64,000 nt of DNA from Hyphomonas sp. (lineage in GTDB: Bacteria; Pseudomonadota; Alphaproteobacteria; Caulobacterales; Hyphomonadaceae): positions 3,097,725 through 3,161,724 of the forward strand of contig CP051229.1 in the NCBI GenBank assembly GCA_017792365.1. Direction: 5' to 3'. How positions within the stretch are numbered: position 1 is the stretch's first letter; the number at the start of each line of letters is the position of its first letter. Both the position numbers and the translations under genes were made by a program. Below the pieces are notes generated by a model that did not search any database, was not told the origin of the DNA, and was given only the letters and a program-made list of their open reading frames with translations. This document shows positions 56,267-64,000 of the stretch, in pieces.

Positions 56267-57013
56267 ATGGGCGTGTCGATCTGGTGGTTGATCCCGGCGT
56301 TTGTCGGTCTGGTTGGCGTGCTGTCGCTGGTTGGCGGTCTGGCGCGCATGTTCAAGCTGCGGATTTTCTCCGGTGGGTTGCGCGCTCTGTTTGGCGGCGC
56401 CTTGCTCGCAGGGGCGGGCGTGATCGGCCTGATCGGCCTCAACCTGCAGACCTTCAGCCGGCTGACCTATGAGCGGCTTGCGGCGCAGGTCACCCTCGAG
56501 CAGACCGGACCGGGAGCCTACACGGCGATCGTCGAGCGCGCCAACGAGGACGGCGTGCTGGCCCCGCCCGAGGAATATATGCTGACGGGCGACAGCTTCC
56601 GCATGGAGGCCGACGTCGTCACCTTCAAGCCATGGGCGAACGTGCTCGGCAGCGATGCGCTGTACCGCTTCGACCGCATACAGGGCCGCTTCGACAGCGA
56701 GACGGCGGAGGTCGCGAACCCGCCGACGCCTTGGTCGATGCGGCAGGAGGCGGGCATCGACCTGTTCCGACTGCCGCTTGGCAATGGCAATCCGCTGCAG
56801 CGTGTCGATGCGGAATTCATGAACGGCGCGGCGATGCCGATGGCGGACGGCGCGATCTACGAAATCCAGATGTCGCAGCGCGGCCTGATCCCGCGTCCGC
56901 TCAACAGCCAGGCGGAAGATGCAATCGCACGCCGCCGTGCTGGCGCGCGGACCGGCGACATCTACAACGCGAGCCCGTCGCGCCCGACCAACCTGACGCC
57001 GCAGCCGGACTAG
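56267..57013 (+). CDS. hypothetical membrane-anchored protein
   Basis: Track ORF 56252..57013. ATG 56267 has GGAGG 8 nt upstream. Two N-terminal TM helices, then a soluble domain. Confidence 0.65.
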   Translation: MGVSIWWLIPAFVGLVGVLSLVGGLARMFKLRIFSGGLRALFGGALLAGAGVIGLIGLNLQTFSRLTYERLAAQVTLEQTGPGAYTAIVERANEDGVLAPPEEYMLTGDSFRMEADVVTFKPWANVLGSDALYRFDRIQGRFDSETAEVANPPTPWSMRQEAGIDLFRLPLGNGNPLQRVDAEFMNGAAMPMADGAIYEIQMSQRGLIPRPLNSQAEDAIARRRAGARTGDIYNASPSRPTNLTPQPD

Positions 57014-57570
57014 CGGTTGGCCGCGACGTCCGCGAGCGCCCATTCGGCGAAGCGTGAGAGGTCGCCTCCGGAAAACAGGAAGCCCTGGATGCCAGCCGCG
57101 CGCGCGGCTGCGATGTCGGTTTCCTTGTCACCGATCAGGAACGACCGGTCCTTGTCGACGGCGAAGTCGGTCATCGCCTGCAGGAGCATGCCCGGGTTCG
57201 GCTTGTGGTCGTAGCTGTCGCGGGCGAACGCCGGCACCGTGCCGTCCTTGTCGAACGGGCAGTAATAGATGCGGTCGATGCGGGCGCCGGATTTTTCCAG
57301 CTCCGCACACATCCATGCATGCAGGTCGTGCATCTCGGCTTCGGTATAATAGCCGTGGGCGATGCCGGACTGGTTGGTGACGACGAAGACGAGCCAGCCC
57401 CGCGCGTTGAAGGCGGCGATGGTTTTGGCGGCGCCATCGATCCACTCGAATGCATCGACTGAGCGCACATAGCCCTTGTCGACATTGATCACGCCATCAC
57501 GGTCGAGGAACAGCGCCGGACGCGCGATCCTTCCATTGGCGGATGTGTCTGTGTCGTGCGGCGCGCTCAT
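57010..57570 (-). CDS. gmhB: HAD-IIIA family phosphatase (D,D-heptose 1,7-bisphosphate phosphatase-like)
   Basis: 186 aa. FLDRDGVIN motif I, VVTNQSG motif II, GDKETD motif. Confidence 0.7.
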   Translation of the reverse strand: MSAPHDTDTSANGRIARPALFLDRDGVINVDKGYVRSVDAFEWIDGAAKTIAAFNARGWLVFVVTNQSGIAHGYYTEAEMHDLHAWMCAELEKSGARIDRIYYCPFDKDGTVPAFARDSYDHKPNPGMLLQAMTDFAVDKDRSFLIGDKETDIAAARAAGIQGFLFSGGDLSRFAEWALADVAANR

Positions 57571-57601
57571 GCACGGATTGTTCTTTGGGTCGAGCGCGAA
57601 T

Positions 57602-58969
57602 TCAAGGCGTCGCTTTCGCCTCCGCGTCCATGCTGTCGGCAGCCTCTTTCTCGATCTCGCCCGAACCGGACGCCTCGCTGACTTTCTCGGTCGTGAGCAG
57701 GCCGCGGATGAGCGGGAAGATGGCGATCACGGTGATGCACGAGGCGAGCACGAAGGCTGCGCCGGGGAAGTAAACCGGCGCCTCGGGAACGGAGAAATGC
57801 GTCAGCGTCTGTGTGAAGATGAGCGGCGCGAAGATCTGGCCGAAGGACTGGATCGAGGCCATCGCGCCCTGCAGCTCGCCCTGTGCGTTGCGCTCGACCC
57901 TGCTGGTCAGGATCTGGTTCAACGCGGGCTGTATCAGTCCGGCGAGCGAGCCGATCGGGATGAGCATGAAGATCATCCAGCCATAGGGTGCAAGCCCGTA
58001 GGCGAGCTGGGCGAAGGCGGCGATGCCGAACCCGAACAGGGCGATCCTCGTGGCGCCGAAACGCTTGATGGCGGTGCGTATCAACCCGGCCTGAACGATG
58101 GCGGCCCCCAGGCCGACGGCGCCGAGCGCAAGGCCTGTCATATCGGGACTCCAGCCGAACTTGATCGGCCCGAAATAGGCGAAGGTCGACGGATAGACCC
58201 AGTGCGCGAAGCCATAGAGGCCGAGCGCCAGCAGCAGCCATGACAGCTGTGGAAACTTGCTGAAATGCTTGAAGGCGCCGAAGGCGTTGGCCCGCTTCCA
58301 GTCGAACGGGCGGCGGTCAGACTTCGCAAGCGATTCCGGCAGGACGAAAAAGCCGTAGAGGAAGTTGATCGCGCCGAGGCCGGCAGCGGCGAAGAACGGG
58401 GCGCGCGGATCGATCTTGCCGAGATAGCCGCCGATCACCGGACCGAAGATGAAGCCGAGGCCGAAGGCGGCGCCGATCATCCCGAACGCCTGAGCGCGCT
58501 CGTGCGATTCCGTTGTGTCGGCGATGTAGGCGTTGGCGGTGGAGTGGGTCGCGCCCGAAATGCCGGTGAGGCAGCGGCCGAGGAACAGGAGCCAGATCGT
58601 GTGCGAGAAGCCCATGATCAGGAAATCGATCGCAAGCGTCGCCATCGAGACGAGGAGGACAGGTCGGCGGCCGAAACGATCCGAGAGATTGCCGAGGATC
58701 GGCTGCGACAGGAAATTGAGGATCGCGTAGACGACCGTGATGTAACCGCCCCAGACAACGGCGCGGGCGATCATCTCCTGCCGCTCAGCGTCGGTCGCGG
58801 CGGCCATCGCCTCAGGCCCGTTCAGCAATTCCGCGATCAGGTTGGGCATGGTCGGCATGACGATGCCGAACGCCAGCATGTCGAGGAACACCGTGAAGAT
58901 GACGAACATGAAGGCGTGCTTGCCCAGCTTGCGCGTCGCCGGGGAGCTGTCTGATCCGGTTGTCGTCAT
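57602..58969 (-). CDS. MFS transporter (TCR/Tet-like family)
   Basis: 455 aa, about 12 TM. GNLSDRFGRRPVLL motif A. Confidence 0.85.
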   Translation of the reverse strand: MTTTGSDSSPATRKLGKHAFMFVIFTVFLDMLAFGIVMPTMPNLIAELLNGPEAMAAATDAERQEMIARAVVWGGYITVVYAILNFLSQPILGNLSDRFGRRPVLLVSMATLAIDFLIMGFSHTIWLLFLGRCLTGISGATHSTANAYIADTTESHERAQAFGMIGAAFGLGFIFGPVIGGYLGKIDPRAPFFAAAGLGAINFLYGFFVLPESLAKSDRRPFDWKRANAFGAFKHFSKFPQLSWLLLALGLYGFAHWVYPSTFAYFGPIKFGWSPDMTGLALGAVGLGAAIVQAGLIRTAIKRFGATRIALFGFGIAAFAQLAYGLAPYGWMIFMLIPIGSLAGLIQPALNQILTSRVERNAQGELQGAMASIQSFGQIFAPLIFTQTLTHFSVPEAPVYFPGAAFVLASCITVIAIFPLIRGLLTTEKVSEASGSGEIEKEAADSMDAEAKATP

Positions 58970-59061
58970 TCCTCGTCCCGTGCCCCTCGGTCCGAATCGG
59001 GGACCGGTCCATGCGATTGGCGATACTTTGCTTGCGGGTCAATCATCGCGGCATTCAGGTA

Positions 59062-59550
59062 TCATGAACAGTCAGTGATCTGTCGCGCCAGCCGCCCCAG
59101 AAGATGCCGCCAATACTGGCCGTGGCGCGTAAGGAAGAGGCCCAGCGGAAATCCATGCCGCGCCGCGTGGTCCTGCGGCAGCCGCTCCCATCCCCGGTGT
59201 TCGACCGTGACGCGGGTCTGATCGCCAACCGGCTCGAAACGGATCTCGACTTCTGTGTCGTGGTCAGGTCCGAACGTTGCCTGACGCCAGCTGAGGACGA
59301 TCCGCTGCGCAGGCTCCCAAACGCTGAGCTTGCCGATCTCGAAGACCTTGCCGCTCTTGAGATGTTCGACCAGCCGCCCGCCGGATCCGTTCGCGTCCGG
59401 CGGCTCGAAGGCCAGACGCCCGGGACTGCGCGGCGTGAACCGGAACTCGTCGTTGTTGATCCACCACGCGCCGATCTCGCCGGTGAAGACGTCGAACGCC
59501 CGCTGGGGCGGAGCGGCGACGCGGATCGAGACCAGGATGCGCGAAGTCAT
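59062..59550 (-). CDS. SRPBCC / AHSA1-family domain protein
   Basis: 162 aa: ...RVAAPPQRAFDVFTGEIGAWW.... The ATG overlaps the ArsR-family gene stop (ATGA). Confidence 0.75.
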   Translation of the reverse strand: MTSRILVSIRVAAPPQRAFDVFTGEIGAWWINNDEFRFTPRSPGRLAFEPPDANGSGGRLVEHLKSGKVFEIGKLSVWEPAQRIVLSWRQATFGPDHDTEVEIRFEPVGDQTRVTVEHRGWERLPQDHAARHGFPLGLFLTRHGQYWRHLLGRLARQITDCS

Positions 59551-59882
59551 TCCGGCGTCTCGACCCTGTCGCGGAACGAAGCCAGCTGCCGCGACCAGCC
59601 TTGCTCGGCCCGGGCAAGCCAGGACTTGAGTTCCTGAAGGCGTTCGGTTCTGAGCGCGTAGATGCGCACGCGGGCGTCCTCAACCGGATGGGTCTCGTCC
59701 ACGAGGCCCGACTGCTTGAGCATCTTGAGATGCCGGCTCATGGCGGGAGCGGGGAGGTCGAGCAGGGCGGCGAGCTCGCCCGCGCGCCGGGGCGATTCCT
59801 GTAGCAGTTCGACGGCGCGGCGCCTGGCGGGGGCGGCAAGCGCGGCGAAGACCGTATCGACCGGTTCCGGACGGGCGCTCAT
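59547..59882 (-). CDS. ArsR/SmtB-family metalloregulator-type transcriptional regulator
   Basis: Inside track ORF 59547..60008. ATG 59882 gives MSARPEPVDTVFAALAAPARRRAVELLQESPRRAGELAALLDLPAPAMSRHLKMLKQSGLV. Confidence 0.85.
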   Translation of the reverse strand: MSARPEPVDTVFAALAAPARRRAVELLQESPRRAGELAALLDLPAPAMSRHLKMLKQSGLVDETHPVEDARVRIYALRTERLQELKSWLARAEQGWSRQLASFRDRVETPE

Positions 59883-60226
59883 TGAGGCGGGTGCTCTTGT
59901 TGCAGTTTGCGGGGCGCCACGTTGCGCCACGCCGTCCACAGGGCGCTTCGCGCGGTCGCGGCGTCGGAATTCTCGACGACCATGCGCGTCCAGCCCTTCG
60001 CGCCCCATCCCCCGGGCACCGGGTGGAAGATGTCCGGCTCCGCCTCGCAGAACACTTGCTGCTGCTCCGGCGTGAATTTCAGTATCGCGAACTCTTTCCC
60101 GCCCTGGCGGTCAGCTGGCTGTACGAAGATCTTCCCGCCAACGCGGATGTCTGGGCTGCCATGATGCGACGACAGTTCTGCGCTCGGCATGCCAAGTGCG
60201 AGCTTGCGGAAGGCGGCCGGGGTCAA
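59879..60226 (-). CDS. MmcQ/YjbR-family protein
   Basis: Inside track ORF 59879..60274. TTG 60226 overlaps the upstream VOC gene stop (TTGA) and gives (M)TPAAFRKLALGMPSAELSSHHGSPDIRVGGKIF.... Confidence 0.7.
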   Translation of the reverse strand: MTPAAFRKLALGMPSAELSSHHGSPDIRVGGKIFVQPADRQGGKEFAILKFTPEQQQVFCEAEPDIFHPVPGGWGAKGWTRMVVENSDAATARSALWTAWRNVAPRKLQQEHPPQ

Positions 60227-60711
60227 GAGCCGGCTCTGCCCATTGTTGTTTTTGTACCGACGGCGGCATCCCATTCGCTCGGCGCCATCTCCTGAACGGT
60301 CTGGCCGAACGTCCAGATGTGGCCTTCGTGATCGCGGGCGCGGTAGGTCCGGTCGCCGTAGAACTGGGTTTCCGGTTCCGCGATGATTTCAGCGCCTGCC
60401 GCTCTGGCGCGCGCGCAATGCGCATCGATGTCGGTGTCGATCTTCAGATGCGTGGTGGTCGTGCAGCAGCGATTGGTGTTGAGCGGGCTCTTCGTGCTCT
60501 CGTGCCATTCCGACCCTACCATGATGAGCCCGTCGCCGAATCGCAGCTCGGAGTGGACGAGATTTCCGTCTTCATCCTCGATCGCCATTTCCGGCTCGAA
60601 CCCGAAGGCCTCCTGCAGCCATTCGAAGGCCTTTCGTGCGTCCGTGTAGGATAGGGCCGGGATAACCGAGGGCCGGTTGAGCTGCGGTGCGTCAGACGTC
60701 ATGGCGGTCAC
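60223..60711 (-). CDS. VOC / glyoxalase-family protein
   Basis: 162 aa: ...IPALSYTDARKAFEWLQEAFGFE...LRFGDGLIMVG...DRTYRARDHEGHIWTFGQ. Confidence 0.8.
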   Translation of the reverse strand: MTAMTSDAPQLNRPSVIPALSYTDARKAFEWLQEAFGFEPEMAIEDEDGNLVHSELRFGDGLIMVGSEWHESTKSPLNTNRCCTTTTHLKIDTDIDAHCARARAAGAEIIAEPETQFYGDRTYRARDHEGHIWTFGQTVQEMAPSEWDAAVGTKTTMGRAGS

Positions 60712-60775
60712 CAGTTTTGCAAAACGATAATATTTCTACATAATCGAAACTATATCGTCAAGCGGGCGGCGCGTG
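60712..60775 (-). promoter_or_regulatory. AT-rich promoter/operator region of the VOC-YjbR-ArsR-SRPBCC operon
   Basis: Locally AT-rich: ccagTTTTGCAAAAcgataatatttctacataatcgaaactatatcgtc. Contains the perfect palindrome TTTTGCAAAA and ACGATA...TATCGT inverted arms, directly upstream of the first gene. Confidence 0.4.
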
Positions 60776-60869
60776 GCCCGTTCGCCACGATGCGCCGTTT
60801 CGTGGTTTCGGCAGCTTTCGTCGCCGGCCAGATCATGGTCCAAGAGGCGAACGACGGGAGCTGGTAACC

Positions 60870-61445
60870 ATGAAACACATGATCGCCGCGCTATCGGCAG
60901 CATTGGCGCTAGCGCCTGCCGCATCCGCCGATGTGCTTGAGAGCATCCGGCTGGGCGTGATGGACCACAACATCGAGGTCATCGACGACAAGAACGCCAA
61001 CAAGGAAAGCGGCGTAAACATCTCTGGCCAGATCAACTTCAATTCGCCCCGGTTCCTTGGCGTGATCCTGTCGCCGAGGCCCTACGTGATGGGATCGGTG
61101 AATACCGACGGTAACACCTCGTATGGCGGGGTTGGATTGGAGTGGGACTGGGAGTTTCTCGAAGGCTGGCATCTCGAGCCCGGCTTCGGGTATGTCATGC
61201 ACGATGGCGAACTCGAGGTCCCGTTCGCGCCGGGCGATCCGCGCCGGCAGCCCTTCCTCGATGAAAACGTCCTGCTCGGGTCGGAGGACCTGTTCCGGAC
61301 CTCGATTTCGCTGACGCTTGACCTGTCCGAGCGCTGGGCGGTTCAGGCCATCTACGAGCATTTGAGCCATGGGCAGGTGCTTGGCAGCGGCCGAAATCAG
61401 GGGCTGGATGAGCTTGGTGTCCGCGTCGTCTGGCGCTTCGACTGA
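60870..61445 (+). CDS. acyloxyacyl hydrolase / lipid A 3-O-deacylase (PagL-like) outer-membrane protein
   Basis: 191 aa. Signal peptide MKHMIAALSAALALAPAASA; YEHLSHG motif near the C-terminus; terminal aromatic residue pattern ...VVWRFD. Confidence 0.6.
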   Translation: MKHMIAALSAALALAPAASADVLESIRLGVMDHNIEVIDDKNANKESGVNISGQINFNSPRFLGVILSPRPYVMGSVNTDGNTSYGGVGLEWDWEFLEGWHLEPGFGYVMHDGELEVPFAPGDPRRQPFLDENVLLGSEDLFRTSISLTLDLSERWAVQAIYEHLSHGQVLGSGRNQGLDELGVRVVWRFD

Positions 61446-61577
61446 CGGTCAGGCGCGGCCCTCCATTACGTTGTCGTCATCTTGTTGGCGGGCATTTGTC
61501 CCCGGACTCGCTTGCTGGGCTGATCCGCGCCGGATAGTGACATGCTTGGCGAAGGCCCAGATTCTGGAGGGAACACG

Positions 61578-62438
61578 ATGAAACGGACTTTCATGGCGGC
61601 GCTGATGGCGTCTGCTGCGCTGGCGGCATGCGCGGCTGAAGAAGAGGCGCCGGCGGAAACCGTCGCGCAGGAAACAGAGGCTGCGCCTGAAGCGGCGGCG
61701 GCCGAAGCATCACCGCTGGACGCCGCAGTAGCGAACCCCGCGCGTTCGGCTGAGAACGTCGCGCGCGACGTGCACCGTCATCCCGCTGAAACGCTGGACT
61801 TCTTCGGCCTGCAGCCCGGCATGACGGTTGTCGAGATCAATCCCGGCGGCGGCGCCTATTACGCCGAGATCCTGGCCAAGTACGCCAACGACACGGGCGG
61901 CACCTATATCGGCACCGGCACCAAGCCGGACCGGATCGCTGATGCGACGATGTATGGCGACCCGACCTTCGTCGAGTTCGGCATGGATAGCGGCCCGCTG
62001 GTCGAGCCCGGCACGGCCGACATGGTTCTGACGTTCCGCAACGTTCACAACTGGTACTGGCAGGAAGGCATGCTGGACAAGGCGATGTCAGACTTCGCCG
62101 CTGCGCTGAAGCCGGGCGGCACGCTGGGCGTGACCGACCACCGCGCCGATCCGCGCGCCGAGATCGAAGTCGGCGGCCGCATGGCTGGCGATGCGTACAT
62201 CGCCAAGGCGTCGATCGTCGACGCAGCCGAGCGCGCCGGTCTGGTTCTCGACGGGGAATCCGAGATCAACGCCAACCCGGCCGACACCAAGGACCACCCG
62301 TTCGGCGTCTGGACCCTGCCGCCGTTCGCGCGGACCTCGGCGTTCGGCGAAGATCCGGATCCTGAATTCGACCGCACCAAGTATGACGCGATCGGCGAGA
62401 GCGATCGTCACACGCTGCGCTTCAAGAAGCCGGCCTAG
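61578..62438 (+). CDS. class I SAM-dependent methyltransferase with lipoprotein-type signal peptide
   Basis: Track ORF 61542..62438. ATG 61578 has GGAGGG upstream. N-terminus MKRTFMAALMASAALAAC. VVEINPGGGAYY is a glycine-rich SAM-binding-like motif. Confidence 0.65.
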   Translation: MKRTFMAALMASAALAACAAEEEAPAETVAQETEAAPEAAAAEASPLDAAVANPARSAENVARDVHRHPAETLDFFGLQPGMTVVEINPGGGAYYAEILAKYANDTGGTYIGTGTKPDRIADATMYGDPTFVEFGMDSGPLVEPGTADMVLTFRNVHNWYWQEGMLDKAMSDFAAALKPGGTLGVTDHRADPRAEIEVGGRMAGDAYIAKASIVDAAERAGLVLDGESEINANPADTKDHPFGVWTLPPFARTSAFGEDPDPEFDRTKYDAIGESDRHTLRFKKPA

Positions 62439-62463
62439 GCGCGACAATTCAGCGAAAATCGGG

Positions 62464-62497
62464 AAGGGCGGGCCTTTTGGTCCGCCCTTTTCCTTTG
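62464..62497 (+). terminator. intrinsic terminator after the methyltransferase gene
   Basis: aagggcgggcc-tttt-ggtccgccctt stem-loop (one G-U), followed by ttcctttgg. Confidence 0.6.
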
Positions 62498-62583
62498 GGG
62501 CCCTGAACGGGCTTGCCGGGCCTTGCTCTTTGCCATTTCGGACTGTAAGAGGCTGCGCTCTTTACGAGACACGCTGTCAGAAT

Positions 62584-62670
<87 letters not shown>

Positions 62671-62749
62671 TCGTGCGCTTGGCGCCATCGACATTTCCTC
62701 ACCTTCGTTGCATGCCGTGGCCTGACGATTGAGCCGGGAAAGGGTCGCC

Positions 62750-63373
62750 ATGTCTGACGCCAAGATTCACCTGCACCAGGGTGATTTGCCCGACGGGGTG
62801 ACCTTCGAGGGTTCTGTTGCGATCGACACCGAGACCATGGGCCTCAATGCGTTCCGCGACGGGCTGTGCGTGGTCCAGCTGTCCGCCGGCAATGGCGAGG
62901 CGCACGTCATCAAGCTCAACCGGCCCGATTATGACTGCCCGAACCTCAAGGCGCTGATCTCGAACCCCCGCATCCTCAAGATCTTCCATTTTGCACGGTT
63001 CGACATTGCGATGATGCAGCACTGGCTCGGCGCGCCGTGTTTCCCGGTCTATTGCACCAAGATCGCATCGCGCCTGTCACGCACCTACACCGACCGCCAC
63101 GGCCTGAAGGACCTCGCCCGCGAGACAATTGGCGTGGACATGTCCAAGGCCCAGCAGAGCTCCGACTGGGGCGCGGCCGAGCTGACGGATGCGCAGCTGG
63201 CCTATGCCGCCAGCGACGTGCTGCACCTGCACGCCATCAAGGAGAAGCTGGACGCCATGCTGGCGCGGGAAAAACGTGTGGAGCTGGCGCAGGCCTGTTT
63301 CGACTTCCTGCCGGTGCGGGCCGCCCTGGACCTGTCGGGCTGGCCGGAAGAGGACATTTTCTCCCACTCCTGA
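62750..63373 (+). CDS. rnd: ribonuclease D (short DEDD 3'-5' exonuclease form)
   Basis: Track ORF 62729..63373; ATG 62750. Exonuclease motifs VAIDTETMGL, KIFHFARFDI, YAASDVLHL. Confidence 0.8.
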   Translation: MSDAKIHLHQGDLPDGVTFEGSVAIDTETMGLNAFRDGLCVVQLSAGNGEAHVIKLNRPDYDCPNLKALISNPRILKIFHFARFDIAMMQHWLGAPCFPVYCTKIASRLSRTYTDRHGLKDLARETIGVDMSKAQQSSDWGAAELTDAQLAYAASDVLHLHAIKEKLDAMLAREKRVELAQACFDFLPVRAALDLSGWPEEDIFSHS

Positions 63374-63521
63374 GGCGAACGCCGCGCGCCGGTGCGCAGC
63401 TGGCGACCGGATCGCCCTTCATTTGGCCGCGATCCGGGCCTAGTCTGAGCCCAAGTCCGCAGTTTCAACGAAGCCCGGCTGGCGGCGAGCGCCAGGTTCA
63501 GGGGAGAGGCCCACAGCAACG

Positions 63522-64000
63522 ATGACCGCCGCCACTCATCAGGCAATGGAATCGTGGAGTCCGGCGCACGCGACCTCGCTGAAGGAGGCCCGGCGGCGGA
63601 CGGCGCTGGTGCACATCATCCGGGTCCTGTTCCTGTCCGGGTCGGTGATCGCAGCCGGTCTGCTGCTTGGATCGATCTTCGGCAACGCATTTACCGGCGG
63701 GCCAGGCGCCCTTCAGGCGACGCCGCCGAACGTGACCATCCTGAACCCGCGCTTTGAAGGCCGCGATGCGTCCGACCGGCCCTACATCATTACAGCTGAT
63801 ACAGCCCGCAGGCGCCCGAACGATGTTGGCGTTGTCGACCTCACCAACCCCAAATTCGCCGATGAACTGAACAATACGGCCGACGCCCGTGAGGGGGTCT
63901 ATGACCGCGAGGGGCAGATGCTTGACCTCACCGGCGGCGTGGTGATGCGCGACCCGGGCGGTTACACCTTCACGACCGAGAACGCCACGATGTTCGTGCA
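63522..64000 (+). CDS. lptC: LptC-like lipopolysaccharide export protein, 3' end beyond the right window edge
   Basis: Own translation; not in the track because there is no stop in the window. MTAATHQAMESWSPAHATSLKEARRRTALVHIIRVLFLSGSVIAAGLLLG (TM anchor), then NPRFEGRDASDRPYIITADTA...DLTNPKF.... Confidence 0.65.
   Translation, partial: MTAATHQAMESWSPAHATSLKEARRRTALVHIIRVLFLSGSVIAAGLLLGSIFGNAFTGGPGALQATPPNVTILNPRFEGRDASDRPYIITADTARRRPNDVGVVDLTNPKFADELNNTADAREGVYDREGQMLDLTGGVVMRDPGGYTFTTENATMFV

Overview
High-GC, gene-dense chromosomal segment. From gene content alone it reads like core alphaproteobacterial housekeeping DNA (Caulobacterales/Hyphomonadaceae-like; this placement is inference).

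Main blocks: apbC, hflKC-degP, serB/miaA, ilvI-ilvH-ilvC, H+-pyrophosphatase, leuA, mreBCD-mrdA-rodA, an Mla-type ABC lipid-transport operon, a cobA-DUF2849-GST-cysI-DUF934-cysH sulfur-assimilation operon with a divergent LysR regulator, a four-gene ArsR-family operon, tRNA-Leu(CAG), rnd and lptC. I found no mobile elements, CRISPR arrays, rRNA or recognisable defence island, so most of the window is ordinary.

Observations worth a second look:
1. Two tandem, translationally coupled, differently degenerate receiver-domain genes sit between ilvI and ilvH and share a C-terminal RRRYQPxIQxRGL tail.
2. A Leu/Val/Ile-rich leader peptide plus an intrinsic terminator lies upstream of ilvI.
3. A 31-codon ORF with three consecutive Cys codons lies between cysH and the next gene, and ends on that gene's Shine-Dalgarno.
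4. A CTGCTGACA palindrome/repeat occurs only in intergenic DNA.
5. At least seven genes, including mreD and cysH, need +/-1 frame changes. This most likely reflects assembly indels rather than biology.

Many long ORFs in the supplied track are antisense shadow ORFs typical of high-GC DNA and were not called.
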